From: Callorhinchus milii
Lineage: Eukaryota
Length of the DNA stretch: 64,000 bases
Reading direction: 5' to 3'
NCBI RefSeq assembly: GCF_018977255.1
Contig: NW_024704764.1
Span: forward strand, 1,116,001-1,180,000
A program made the position numbers and the translations under genes. This document shows, piece after piece, positions 12,769-26,066 of the stretch (within the stretch, counting starts at the first letter, position 1; every line of letters begins with the position of its first letter). The notes beneath the pieces were generated by a model. That model was given only the letters and a program-made list of their open reading frames with translations. It ran no database searches and was not told the origin of the DNA.

Positions 12769-14314
12769 GGCAAGTCATAGTTTCAGCAGTTTTGTACTTC
12801 TGATATGATATAGAATCACCCCGGGACATTATTTGCATGGCAGGAATTTATAGACAGACAATTTGGAAGGAATTCCTTCCCGTATTTTATTGAGTAGAAC
12901 GCAATTCAATTAAGTTTCACGTCGAAATGTAAATGATACAGGTTGGTTAAGGTTTAAAAAAGACAGTTCTGATGTAAATATTTAGGAAGACTTTAGGAAA
13001 TTCAGCGCAGAGACTCACTTACTGGAGTTCCGTCCAATAACGGCTATAACAAGTTTAAAGCAGATGAGATGTGTGATGATTTGTAAAAGTTTGTTTGCGA
13101 CTGAAACCAGGGCAAAAAAAAAGTTGTTTTTGAATTTATTCAAACCTCCTGCACAGGAGCACTGGACGAGATTAGATATATGGAGTCTTTGGCCGTATAA
13201 CTCTGACAGTACATAAGAAAAAAACATGTTCCCTTCTTCGATATTCTTTTCTAAAAGAGTGTAACTATGGTTTACTGGGCTGATTTATAGTTCTGTGGCT
13301 TAGCGCCAATGGGAGCATGAATCGCCTCAACTCTTTTTTTTTAAAAAAAGGGAAATACATTTGAACCCATGGAATCGCCGTGGTAACTTCTTCACAACAT
13401 TTCGGAAACTTTGCCAGTTTCAAATCATTTACGGTTAAGAAGCATAATTGCCAACTGGCTTCAACCCGGTATGTTCATGGGAGGAGGATGCTGTTTACAA
13501 CAAGCGAAGTGGATCAAAAGACTCGAGTGGCAATAAATGTGAAAATACTGTAGGGTAGAAACATCAATCAGAGAGACGCTTTAAATCTCCGGCGAACCTA
13601 AATAGATTCTGTAATTTTTTTTGAAAAAAACTACCTTACTTCCAAGTCCATAGTAACCGTGTTTCGTGGCCTTAATTTTACGACGTAAGATAGCAATTCC
13701 GCAGCTAAAGTTAAGAATTTCATTGAAACTTTATGACTTTTCCCACAATAGAAAAAGCATTTTGAAAGGAATCGCAAGGTATTCTCAAAACACACACATG
13801 GGATGTATTTTTCGTTTTGTAAAATAGGGTCCTGGTGCTTTGTTTTTCTTACTGTAATAAAAATGTCGACATTTCGGAAGTTTGGAAGATAAATACATTT
13901 ACTGTCGCCTATCTGCTGTGCATTTCAAAGGCACCTCGCTGCAGATTGCTATCCTAACCGAGGATGCAAACGGCAGCAGGATGGGAGAGTTTGTGTTGGG
14001 GGGGGGGATTGGTGTCTTGCACCCTCCTGTTTATAACCCTTCTGAGTTATCTGGAGGTCTGGCACTGCAGCTAATTTTTCTTCAAAAAAACAAGCACATA
14101 ATCATAAGCAGACGTAATGACAAAACAACTGGTATAAATAGTAAAATGAAATAGTAAACCAATAAAATTAAATTGTCCAGAAAACACAGGATAAATTAAA
14201 CGATTAGTGATTTCAAAACCGCACCACAAATTGGTCCAAACTAGTTAATCCTTAGGATTTGGCTCATAAGGTTAAATCTGATTTGCTCACAAACACCAAT
14301 CCCTCTCCCACTCG

Positions 14315-14317
<3 letters not shown>

Positions 14318-14351
<34 letters not shown>
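14318..14351. repeat. (CT)n microsatellite
   Basis: Visible directly in the sequence. Confidence 0.9.
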
Positions 14352-14355
<4 letters not shown>

Positions 14356-14834
14356 ATCAATGTTCTCAGGTTAGTTCAAGGCTAAATGTGTCACAAAGTT
14401 GGTCTTACGTGATTCTTTAGTTTCCAGATTGCATTAAATCATATACATACCCTCACGAAAAACATCCTTTTCCCCCTTCCTCTACCAATCTTATTCTCAC
14501 AAACCAAGCAAACCACGATGCTTTTTTTTGGGGTTGTTCAAAAAAAATGAAAATCGAACAGAAAATACCAGCTTGAACATAAGCAAATTCGTTCTCCTTT
14601 GTTTTTTTTTAAAGCTCTGATAACATCTACTTAAAGAGTCAAGCTTTCCAGCAGCAGGCTATTTTTTTTCCTTAGGAAATGCATTGCAGCATTTAAGAAG
14701 TGGCCGAGGGGCGGCCCTACGAACATTCTGTTTTTCTCTCCCAGTTTTAGTATTAATCTAATACATTGACAGTCTTTGTTAAACACCCAGGCGTGTCATG
14801 CGTCCGAGTACATTTTAATATTTGTTAGACGCTG

Positions 14835-14851
14835 TGACCTGTGTTTCACCT
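14835..14851 (-). promoter_or_regulatory. DR5 RARE upstream of HoxB4 (B4U-like)
   Basis: Minus strand reads AGGTGA-aacac-AGGTCA, the architecture of Hox4 5' RAREs; about 3.7 kb 5' of the HoxB4 ATG. Confidence 0.75.
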
Positions 14852-17317
14852 CACTCTTGGACTCTCCCCTTCCACAAGTTCTATAGGGCGGATGGGTCTC
14901 TCAGTCATATTGAATTCTGCTCAGGTCATTACGTTCGAGAAAAATAGCAAGTCAGGGAGTTTACCCCAAACAGCATTAAGGCGCTGGATATTCTCTGAAG
15001 CATAGCATGTTCTGTGCTCCATTAGCATCAAATATTTATTACTGAACTCACTGCTTTGAATTTCGTAAGGTTACGACGCACCGGAGTCCGATTTGAATAA
15101 CAAAAGTAATACGTTTGTTTTTTTCCCCCTCTCACATGCTTTACCAAACATAAACCTCTGGTCGACGTTCCCTATTTCATAGCATTTTATTCTGTAGAAT
15201 TAATAAAAACGAATAAGGTGGACAGACAAGTCATCGATCCAATAAGAACTCCCAGCAATATATTTTAACGTCTTATTTAAAAAAGTACATTTTTAAAAAA
15301 TGGTTTGTGCCTAATGCACCAGATAATTTTATTATTACAAATAGAGTGTGAACTGCACTCCAAGCACCACCCCCACCACCCCACCACCACCATCGTACCC
15401 CCACCCCCACCCCCCCACCACCCCCCCCCCCCCCCTCCCATACACACACACACATACACATCCAGAAGTTGTCAGTAAATTATTCTACGAGCTTTTGTAC
15501 TGAAGATCCTCACTTTGCATTTGATTTTACTTTTCTTTGTTTCCTCGTGGGATATGAAAACTTCTTATTAGAAGCAAATCTGAGAACGGATTTGTAAAAA
15601 GCTTGGTGGTGCACCGTAAAAATAAACAAACAAAATAAGTCTTTCTGACATGACATGGTATGAAGTGCAATCGCAGGCGACGAATTGTGTGAGTTTAAAT
15701 GAATGGTTCTGTTCAGAGAAACGATTGAGGGAGGAAAGGTGTTTATCTACACCCATTGAATCCATTTTTATTAACTAAAGAGATGTAATTTATTGTCAAA
15801 TCAATAGGTTTTGTTCCAATCAAAGTATCCCATCCACGGTGTCAGCGAGAAATACGTATACGCTCCTGTTCCTTACTATTATTGTTGGTTCTATACCCCT
15901 CCCCAAATAACCTGCTAAAAGTTGCCATTAAAATAATGATCAATTGAAATTGCTGAAATCTCAGAAAAGTCTTCATATCAAATAGATTAGAAATGAAACC
16001 TTTTTTTAAAAAAATACTGAATTTACATGACTAATATTACAAAATGTATCTTTCAGTTAGGGTGTATTGCATTTAAACATGCTTTTTATAAAATACAAAT
16101 ATGAATCATAAGTCTGAAATGATGGGAAATATATTATCCCTTAGATCTTTCACCAGAAGGCACATGTAAAGCTAAAGCACTCATAATGCTTACACAACAT
16201 ATGATTATGGTTACTGAGCAATGCAATTTAAATCAATTAGTTTTCGAGTTATTCAGTAATTGAAAGGGAAGATTATGCATAGCTGCTGTGTTTGTAAAAG
16301 AAAAATCTATTGATTTCATGCTTATTTTATTTGAAGCTTCATTTTCTCTCAATATCAAATCCATACAAAATAAAAATTAGCTTTTCTTCCAGATATCCTC
16401 TGTCTAAATAGGTCCTTTGAAATACTTCATGAAGTTTGCTACTCAAATTTCCGGTTCAAATAAACACAAATAAGAGCCTGAACCTTTGTGCCAAGCAATT
16501 TTAAAGCAGAACAATCGAAACGCAAGCATACTTATCACACCATAACTATTCTACTCCTCCCAATAGATATTAAACAGGCTTTGTTTTAGTGATCAGAATG
16601 TTGAATGCTGTGTATTTCTTTTATTTTGGGGGAAGGAATGACAATTTCCTAGTAACACCTGGATTCAGATAATTAGCAAAATGATATTAGCCTAAGACTT
16701 GAAGGTAGAATGTCAGATATTTAATTTGAGGCCTACAGAAGATATCAGTTCAGCCTCACACTTATTTGTTTCTTTGATCATAATTGAATTGAACGTCCCT
16801 TAACTTTATAGCTTTTGACATTTAGGGAAGAAAGATGCTCAAGGGATTCAGAGCTGGATGTTAGGAGTAAAAATCTCAGAGCACGAAGAAGGAACAGCAA
16901 AGTGTTTCAGCTTTATATCCTGTGCCAGCATGAAGCCTATTTAGTTTAGCTTAACACTTAGTTTAATAATTATAAGCATCTCTTTCTAATCTCTTTGTGA
17001 ACGTAGGACCCTTTTTCTTCCTGTTTTAAATGTACATAACTGCAGTAATTCCCCCCCCCCCCACCCCCACCATGCAAATTTACATGTCAAATTCTCTAAA
17101 ATGCATTTTCCACCCCAAAGGGTGCAGGACACATTAGAGTTCGGTTCATATGGTGCGCATTACACTCATATATCGATGGATATTTACCGGTTACACAGTA
17201 TCTGCAAGATGACGATTTTAAATGAATCGTTCCTATTCCCACACACCTGAATCCTGAAATCTTTTCAAAATGAGAGCTGATTGCATCTGTGAGGGATTGC
17301 TTGCCTCCTGCATATGT

Positions 17318-17363
17318 GTTTTCATAGTCTTTTATAACCTGTTTTCATAGTCTTTTATAACCT
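17318..17363. repeat. Perfect 23-bp tandem duplication
   Basis: gttttcatagtcttttataacct occurs twice back to back. Confidence 0.95.
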
Positions 17364-20300
17364 ATACACAACCCCTTCCGTTGTGGGGCTGGTGATGTCT
17401 GTGTATTGTGCGCTGTGTTCTGTGAAAGAGATCAATTAATCCTCCCTGTTTTTGCACAGATTGAGATCAGGATAACTGGGTGCTCTTTCGACTTCTATCC
17501 CCCCCCTCACCACCCTCTCTCTCTCTCTTTCTCCTTATTTTACATATAATAAAGGCTGATCTTTATCATTAAGGTCAACCTCGTCCTCTAAGTCTTACCT
17601 CGGTATCATTTTCTCATCTGTGCCGATAGCCAAGATCATCCTTCTACCATTGGCATCGAGCTGAGTCTATCTATGCAGACAGCACCAAGTCACGCACGAC
17701 GTAAACTTTTGACCCTCAACTTTTTGACCCCACAGCTTTACCGGCTGTACTAACTAGCCCTCATGCACACATTCAACATCACAGTTTCCCAGACAGTAAT
17801 GCTGTACAGTTTTGTTTTCCCTCGAGGCTCGATTCTAACTCAGCTTTGTTTCACTTGAACACACATTTTAATTTTTTTTTCTCTGTAGATCCTCGAATGC
17901 CTTTAAAAGTTGGGTTTTAAGCCCTCGGGAATTTTTTTTTTTAATTTTTTTCTCTCTCTCTCTCTCTCTCACATTGGGGATCGACATTTCTTTTGAGGGA
18001 CTTTATTTCATTATCCGCCAAGAAAAAAAAACACACGAAAGGGTGAGTTTTGAAGAGACAGTCGACTAGATCACTGAGAAATTAATACCACATTAGTTGA
18101 CTTTGGGAGTTATCAAACGGTCGTCTCGGACAATGTTTTTCAAGGCACAACTGCAATAGTGAGGACGGCGGGCGCTATTCATAAGAAACGAGGTGTATAA
18201 TGGCTATGAACTTGGTCTGAAGCGAGCTCTGCTGGTGGGTCTCAGACTTGCATGTTAAACAGCTCCCTCGGATCTCTGTTACGGTCTCACTGTATCGTGG
18301 GTTTATTTCAAATGTTACTCTTCAATATCATGAAGGATTTTGGCAAAGCGCTGATAATTTGTCTCAATGTGGTTCGAATAGCCAACGTTGTTACGATACT
18401 CAGAAACGGAGTACAGGTAACACACGGCGCTCTCCAATGGTTCATGTTGTTTCAGCCACATCATTCGGGTTTGTGTTTGTCAGAGTTTAGGGTAATTTCA
18501 ATACCGTGAATATAATCTGTGAAAAATAATTTAAACAAAGTAACATGGTACAAATGGGAAATTACTTTGAATGCTACGAATATTACTGCAAAAATCAGTC
18601 CTGAGTATTCGTCAAGGTTTGATGAATCCAACGAAAATCTGTTCCCATCCCTCTTTATTGTGGAAGGGCTGATTCTCTACAGTGGAAATGTGAGACAATA
18701 AGATATCTCCCGGGTTTTGTGTTGTGAAACTTAAATCTGCTGCTTGTGAGGTAGAGAGAAGCAAGCAAATCTCCTTCTGAATCAACACAAATAATAAGTA
18801 ACTGAGTATCATTTAGGTTTTATTTTAAATAATCTTGATTTGGGGCGTTAAATGGGGATGTATCCAGATTAATGGTGCTGAGTGATTTGAGACCCCCACC
18901 TTACCTTATGTTATGTTTACTTAGACGATATGTATGCTATCTCTAGTGCATGTTTTAGAACGCAATATTCTCTAAGATCGGAATGTGCTTTATCTATAGT
19001 TTAAGCAATTAGATACAGCGATGTACCCAACACCTTTCTGAGCATGTGAGGTGCTTGTGTTCAATTCTTTCCTTTTCTCCTTAATTGCACACATACTGGG
19101 TCGCCGATTCATCCCACTGTCTATAACAGTACATCGTCAGATTACTTTTTTTAAATGAATAAACCCGCCTGTAGACAAAGAGAAGATATCACCTTTATAC
19201 TGCACAGTTAAAATTATAGGAATGTGTGTATAAGCTTATGAGGCACTCAGCACCAAATACATGGGTGCTAGTAGATTGGAATATATGGCACCTCTTTGAC
19301 GGCAGTTAAATTATTAATGTTGCTGTTCATTATTGATCCCGGCTATAAGCGTTTGTATTTGCGTCTATGTGCAGAAAGGAAGCGAGTGCCGATAACATGA
19401 GATAGATCGGTAATGGGAGTGAATGTCTGCTCGTGTTTCACAATTGATAATGAAATATTTACAAAGGTTTCCCGTTATGTATTGATAATTGCACCTCAAA
19501 TCCGTATTCATTGCAATAGACAACATTTGGACATATATATCATGTACACGCGAAACATTATACATATAAATGCACATATAAACATTATTTTATACCTGGC
19601 GTATATCTGTCATAATTAGTATCTCATACTTCTTTTAATATTTCTAAAATTATATAGCTTATTTTTATAATGATTCCCTCTAATTTACTACTATTAATCG
19701 AGAGTCAAAATAATGTACTTGGTGAACCTTCCAACTCTGCCCGAGAACACAAAGGTTGGTTGACCTGAAATTGACAATTTCTTTTTGGGGGGAAAAAAAG
19801 TTTACCTGATAGGATTTTTTTTCAAACCTCTAAATCCCTAAAATGTCATTGAAAATCCATACATAAAATATATATTTGGAAATCGTAAAAAAAAAGTGTA
19901 TTGATCGGTTCCCTTTTTTCCCCTCATTTTATACTCCAGAAAATCGAGGGACAGTCGCCCTACCAGCTGGATCAAACGGGAAATGAAGCGCAAGATTTCA
20001 CTCTTGTTTCCCCCCCCCCACCCCCCACCCCCACCCCTGCCCCCCATCCCACCCCCACCCCCCCCCCCCCCCCCCCCCCCCCCCACCCCCTCCCTCGTCA
20101 GCTCTGCGTTTTCCTGTTTACACTCTGGATCCGCCACAGCTATCAGCACAGAAGGGCAATCAAACGATGACAGAAAGAATCCGAATTTCTGAAAATCTTG
20201 AACTTGTAACATTGGCTTTCAAGGGCTCTCTCCAATATTGCACCGGAAACAGGAGCATTAAACAATTGACAGTCCGCCTCAGGATGAACCGATGGCCATG

Positions 20301-23300
20301 ACACAGCAATCATTGTTGCAGGGTGAGACACTTGACATTTCCCGATGAAACATGTCAAGGTATAATTTTCTTCTTACCTATCTAAATTTCTCTTTAGACC
20401 TGTTTAAGACTGCTCAAGTGATCTTACATGTGCTGTGTAAACGAACCCCCAAAACAAGCACAGTCATTCTATTAAAGTGACAGGAAGCCCCAGTACAGTA
20501 AGGATGGTATATTAATATGTTTTCTGTTTATAGGACAGGCGTAACAGTATTCAAACACTGTAACCTGCACCACATTACATTAATAAAATACTAACTACTG
20601 TATATCATTATGTTAGTCTTTGTTCTCCTTTTTGATAATGGTTACTGGTGGATCAAAATAAATCAGTATCGTACATTGAAGGATTAACAAGATGTGTAAC
20701 CCAAAGAAATTATTTAAAATTCTTTCGCCTTAACCTGTGTCTTCCTACTTCCCCAGAAAAATCATTCGTCCAAAATATTTGCAACTTTTTGTTTGTCACC
20801 TTTAAACAGCCACATTTGAAAACGATGGTAAATACAAAATCTAAATTCCCTTTATGTCAAAACCAAAGAAAATGTTAAAAGTAATATTAAAATCGTGACT
20901 TAAAATACAGAAAACATAATACATATGGTAATGCAGTTATTACCTCAGTGTACAATTCAAGAGCAAATATATTAGAGTGTAAAATACAGTCCATCACTAT
21001 TCACTTACTGTTTTTATGAAGTGATACGTTAATATACATAATAAAGGATAACATTGTTTCATTATAATGTTAAATTTGTGTATATATTCCAAGTCAGCAA
21101 AATAGTTTATTCACGAGAAACGCGTCGTTCAGCCCAAATCGTACTAATCACTAATTCGAAAGCAAAGGAAATAAAGGATAGAGAACAGAATATTACTGAA
21201 GACTATTTTAAATTTAGTTTCTATTATACACATGCTTATTTTGAACGCACGTTTTCACGAAATATTTTACTATTGACCTTTGCCGAAGGATGGAATAATC
21301 ACCTCTCTCTGTCCAAGATATAAACCTATTATTGCAGAGGAATTAAGTTGCGATAAAATACTGCAGATCACTTGTGGTAAATTTGACTTTAAAAATATTA
21401 TCCTCGACACATTGTGTATTAGAGGGTTTGGATAAAGTTTCAAATGTTGATAAACTACGGACATTTTTTAAAATAAATAAGCGGGTGTCCTTGAGTGTAT
21501 ACCGCTTCCTCAAAATATTAACTTCCTTTTAAAACTATATAACCAATGTGCATAATATTACGAGAATACACTTGGGACAGTTTTGCTTTTGTAATTCTTG
21601 ATGTACCTACACGAGTATTATTCCAGAAAGGGAAATCATTGTCAGTATTAGTTGAAAATAAGAAAAGCTAACGGAAAGCCCCAGAAACTCTATTCAAGTT
21701 AAAATCAACGCTTTGTGATCTCAATAAATCAACAATCAACTTTGTACCAAATTAAAACCATTCACTGCACTGATTCGAATACGTCCTCCTTTGCCACAGT
21801 TAAATAGTTAAAAGTACTTCGGTTGGTTTGACGTTATACCACCGCCACATGTCTAAAATGCGAAAGGAATGGAACGATCGCTCTTTACACTGCAAACGAA
21901 ATCTGGATCACGAAATAAGCTTTCAGGAAGGAATAAAATGACTGATTTGAAAAAAAATAAAAGGTCTAATTCCACCAAATTCCACCAAGGACAGGTTCCA
22001 GTCAGGATAGTGTATTAATACAAATATAAGAACTGCATTTATATAAATCTGACATATGCTTCTCGCAAGTTCGATGTTACACCGAAATAAAACATTAGGA
22101 ATATTTAATTATACACAGACAGAATAATCAATCATTATGAATGGGGCCCTATTAATCCAACCAACGGTTTCTTTACGTTTAGATTTCATTGGCGTTTTTT
22201 AAAAGAAAATCTGAACCATCGGCAATAGGATTCATTTAAACAGTGTTATAAGTGCAGTGCCCATTTTCAAACGTGAGAACCTCTGCTTAACTCGATAATC
22301 TTGCCAGGGCACACTTATGCTTAACATTTCAGCAGAACTTACTTTCACGAGTGTCGCTCCATTCTTCCAACTGTATCCAAGAGAGATTTGAGCCATACCT
22401 GGGTCTGCTAAGGAGACCCGCTGGATCCTCTGGAAGCCCAGTCACATTATAGTCTCACAATCTGCAAACCCAGCCAGATAAAGTTCAGCGTCACTAACAT
22501 TATACTGAATGTGAAATATATTGTACCTTGTCAACTCCCCAGAACCATAAAACTAACTTTAACGACCCCACGTGACTTTTCGGAGCCAGTAGGGGTATCT
22601 GCTCGCGGTTCGGGCGATTTTTACGATCTAACTTTGAGATAAATACCCAATTCAGTTGACATCCCAATGTCATACCGAGTTCTTGTATATGTAGTTTGTT
22701 ATATTCACAAGGGAACACGCACATTGCAGGATAGAACTCACATTTGCTGTTTGAATTATCAACTACACTACCTATAAGAAATGGACCTATTTGGTAAGTT
22801 GAGCTTAAACTAAACCTGTTACACAAAAGATGACTCTTAGAAACGTAAAGTTATTTAGACACATTTTAAGTGATACCTCTCGTTACTGTACAATTCTCCG
22901 AGGCCATAGCATAAAAACCTGCGATATCAGATGGTATATGTCAAATATAGGCAACAACAACAAAAAGAACTGTACAAAGTTGAAACCAGATACCCAAAGC
23001 AGGTAAAAGCTGAAAAACGCGATTAAGGAATATTTCAGCCAAATGGACAGCCGTTCTGAGGCCAGATGTCAAATACAGTGAAACAGCTGAATGTAGTTAA
23101 CCGTTTAAATTCATATACAAAGTCAACAGTTACAATTTAATGATGAGGCGTAAAATAACAATCTATGAGTATGTCAGTCTTTTTTGCAGTGCAAAGCAAC
23201 TCGGTAACGCAATTAATCGAAATCCATATTTAAATCGTTTTTTAAAAAGTTAGTATTTATGAAATACATATAGTAAATGAGTTGGGATAAAGCAGGTATG

Positions 23301-24233
23301 ATTTATTGTAAGTATCACCTATGATATTGTTTACTGTGCTAACGATACCTATTCCCCAGTCGCACCGGGATGCATTGTACTTTTGAGTACAGTGATACTA
23401 TGGCTTTTACACAGTCATTAGATTATACAATTAGAGGCCATGCACAGTTGTGAGAAACTTTTATTATACTTTGAATTAGGCTACAAACAAATACAAAAAA
23501 ACTTATTGGCAACATACTGTAAACAGCCAGACATTACTGTTGCCGATTTCCACAGAAAATATGCCATCCATCACTCTGCCTACTGCAGACTAGCTATAGG
23601 CAACATCATAAACTTTTTTCCCCTCATTATTTACAACCAATATAACTCACTAATAATCGTGTACAATCATCGCTGATTTTGAATCTATCCACTTATAATT
23701 ACACATGGTTACACTCTAAATGGAATTTCGGCTTATAGAGCTGCTTAAAAACACCGATAGCTTTAGGGTAGAAATTTACAAGTTTTTTTGCAAGGGTAGT
23801 GCAGGGACAAAAAAAACGTATTGGTAATATTAACTGGGGTGGGTTTACAGGAAGGGGGGAATCAAACTGTACACCTTGTGTCAATTATAAATAAGTTTTG
23901 CCATTTACAATCCACAAAACCATGCTACTTTTCAATAAAGCATCAACAGCTCACTGACAGAAACAGATGTAGGACAGAGACAAGCATTTAACGGCGTCAG
24001 AACAACACAACATATCCATCCTCCCCCCCCAAAAAAGTAAACGACAATATTTTGTTAGCAGTACCACAGAAAAGTTTTAAGTCGTCTTTAATATTTAACG
24101 ACATGCGGGTGGTGGTAGTGGAGGGGGGGGGGGGGGGGGGGGGGTGGTGTTGGGGGTGGGGGAGTGGGGTAGAGAAGAGCCTCGCTGTACAGTACTGGAG
24201 CATGGATTTTTTTTAAAATACTTTTTTTTATTA

Positions 24234-24484
24234 TCATGGTTGAAACGCGCTTCCTCCAGCGGTCATGCTCATGCTTTTGAGCTTGTTGTCCTTTTTCCAT
24301 TTCATTCTCCGGTTCTGGAACCAGATCTTGATCTGCCGTTCTGAGAGACAGAGTGCATGAGCAATCTCTATCCTCCGCCGCCGGGTTAGATATCTGTTGA
24401 AGTGGAACTCTTTTTCCAACTCCAAAGTCTGGAAACGAGTATAAGCGGTTCTTGCCCTTTTCCCATCCGGTCCACTCAAACCAT
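24234..24484 (-). CDS. HOXB5: HoxB5 exon 2 (homeodomain)
   Basis: [23 protein letters not shown]...[20 protein letters not shown]; acceptor taacag at 24485-24486. Confidence 0.96.
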
Positions 24485-25234
24485 CTGTTAATAAATAGAG
24501 GAATTTTATCCATGGTGTTACTCAATCTGTCCTCATTATAACCTTCTTTTTCAATAAGAACATAATTTTATATCTTGAAAACAGTTGTATCTAATTTTCA
24601 TGATATATATTGGTACTATTGTCTTCAATCTGAATTCCTATTAATTATCATTTGGGTTTTATTGTTTCAGTATCCTGTTTTCACCGCTCAGTTCCCAAAT
24701 ATCTGGAGCGCAGACATGCACACTCATAGATAGACACACACAAATGCAATCACTGTTTTTCTTAATTGGTTCGAAAATGCTGAGCAGACCCATAGAAAAC
24801 AGGACACAGCAATGTTGGCTATCCAGGATAGATGCTTACACCACTCTTTGTTATTCCAATGGTCGCGAATTGCTACTGGTAGCTGCCACACTGCAATATG
24901 TGGAGATACCGTATTGATGTTTAGAATTTATCAGCCTTAAAATGCGATCCTTTATTTTAAAGCACTTCGTTTTCACATTATTTGTTGGTCGAACTGGGCA
25001 TAATTACCCCCCCACCCCCACCCCCCCCCCCCCCCCCATGCACGTTGTAAAATGGTGGTCTTCAGATTCGAAATTTAAATTTAATTTGTGGAAAATCTAC
25101 AGTTAAGTTTCTATTTGCGCATTTTTTTAAAGAAAAAATGATATAATTTTTTTGGCGTACAGGTTGTAGAATCGGACGCCATGAATTACCTGGCGAAAGC
25201 GGTAGAGAGTGATAAACATAAAATAAATGTGTAC

Positions 25235-25766
25235 CCTGGCCAATGTGAAGCTTCCTCATCCAAGGGAATATTTGTGGCTGTTGATGTGCTGTTGTCGTCT
25301 GTGTTGATTCTTGCTGTGCCCTGAGATGGTTGCTGTTGGCTTGATTGCTCTCTTCGGCATCTGAGGATGCTCCGGCCTCGTCCATTTCTGTAAAATTACT
25401 TGCTGAACTGGAGGAGGTAGCCGGATCAGATGGAGAACCCTTGGCTCCGTGACTGTCCTTGCCGGAACAGGGTATGGGTTCTGGAGAGGAGAGGGTGCAG
25501 CTCGCTGTTTGCCTGAACCTGCTTTCTGTAGCTGGAGGATATCTTCGGGAGTTTTCTGTATTACCCACTCCAAAGTGGTTAGATGAGGGTGATCGGGTGA
25601 TGCTAAGGTCCATACCATTGTAGTTGTAGCCGTAAGTGCTTGAATGCATGGTGCCTGAGTCCCTGTATGGTCCGTTGTCGGAGCTGCTAGTCCCATAATT
25701 AAGTAACTGATAATCCGGGCCATTTTGATAGCGACCGGAGAATGAGTTTACAAAGTAAGAGCTCAT
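25235..25766 (-). CDS. HOXB5: HoxB5 exon 1
   Basis: [25 protein letters not shown]...PQIFPWMRKLHI; phase-1 donor G|GTACAC; spliced product 260 aa. Confidence 0.94.
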
Positions 25767-25789
25767 TTGGTTTTTTTGGGTTGATTTGT

Positions 25790-25975
25790 GGCTGTTAGTC
25801 GTTATAACCCAATGCTGCACGATTTATGATATATTAATGAATTATAGAAATGACTGTACTTCGTTCGCTTCTATGTATGCGGCCAAATATGGGGGGTGCG
25901 AGTCGAATCACGTGCTTTTGTTGACCAGTCGTAAATTCTCACTGATGACCTCAAGGGGTAATTCATGCTCTATGG
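25790..25975 (-). promoter_or_regulatory. Conserved Hox5 5' UTR / promoter block
   Basis: gcacgatttatga, ggccaaatatgg and cacgtgcttttgttgaccagtcgtaaattc motifs characteristic of Hox5 upstream regions. Confidence 0.65.
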
Positions 25976-26048
25976 TTACAAATGACGATCTGGGAAACGT
26001 TACGCCGTGTGAATGCGAGCGTCCAAATGGTGGCGCCAGGTTTGCAGC

Positions 26049-26066
26049 GTGCGCCACCTGCTGGGC
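26049..26066 (-). promoter_or_regulatory. CTCF motif between HoxB5 and HoxB6
   Basis: Minus strand CCCAGCAGGTGGCGCAC, a near-perfect CTCF core at the Hox5|6 position. Confidence 0.7.

Noticed and set aside
17710-17730. Two TGACCC half-sites
   Set aside because: The 9-bp spacing is not a canonical DR1, DR2 or DR5 RARE.
19838-20212. Poly-Gly and poly-Pro ORFs (also 5797-6165, 8867-9182, 15273-15461, 37547-37867, 44001-44226)
   Set aside because: Produced by translating G/C homopolymer and microsatellite tracts.
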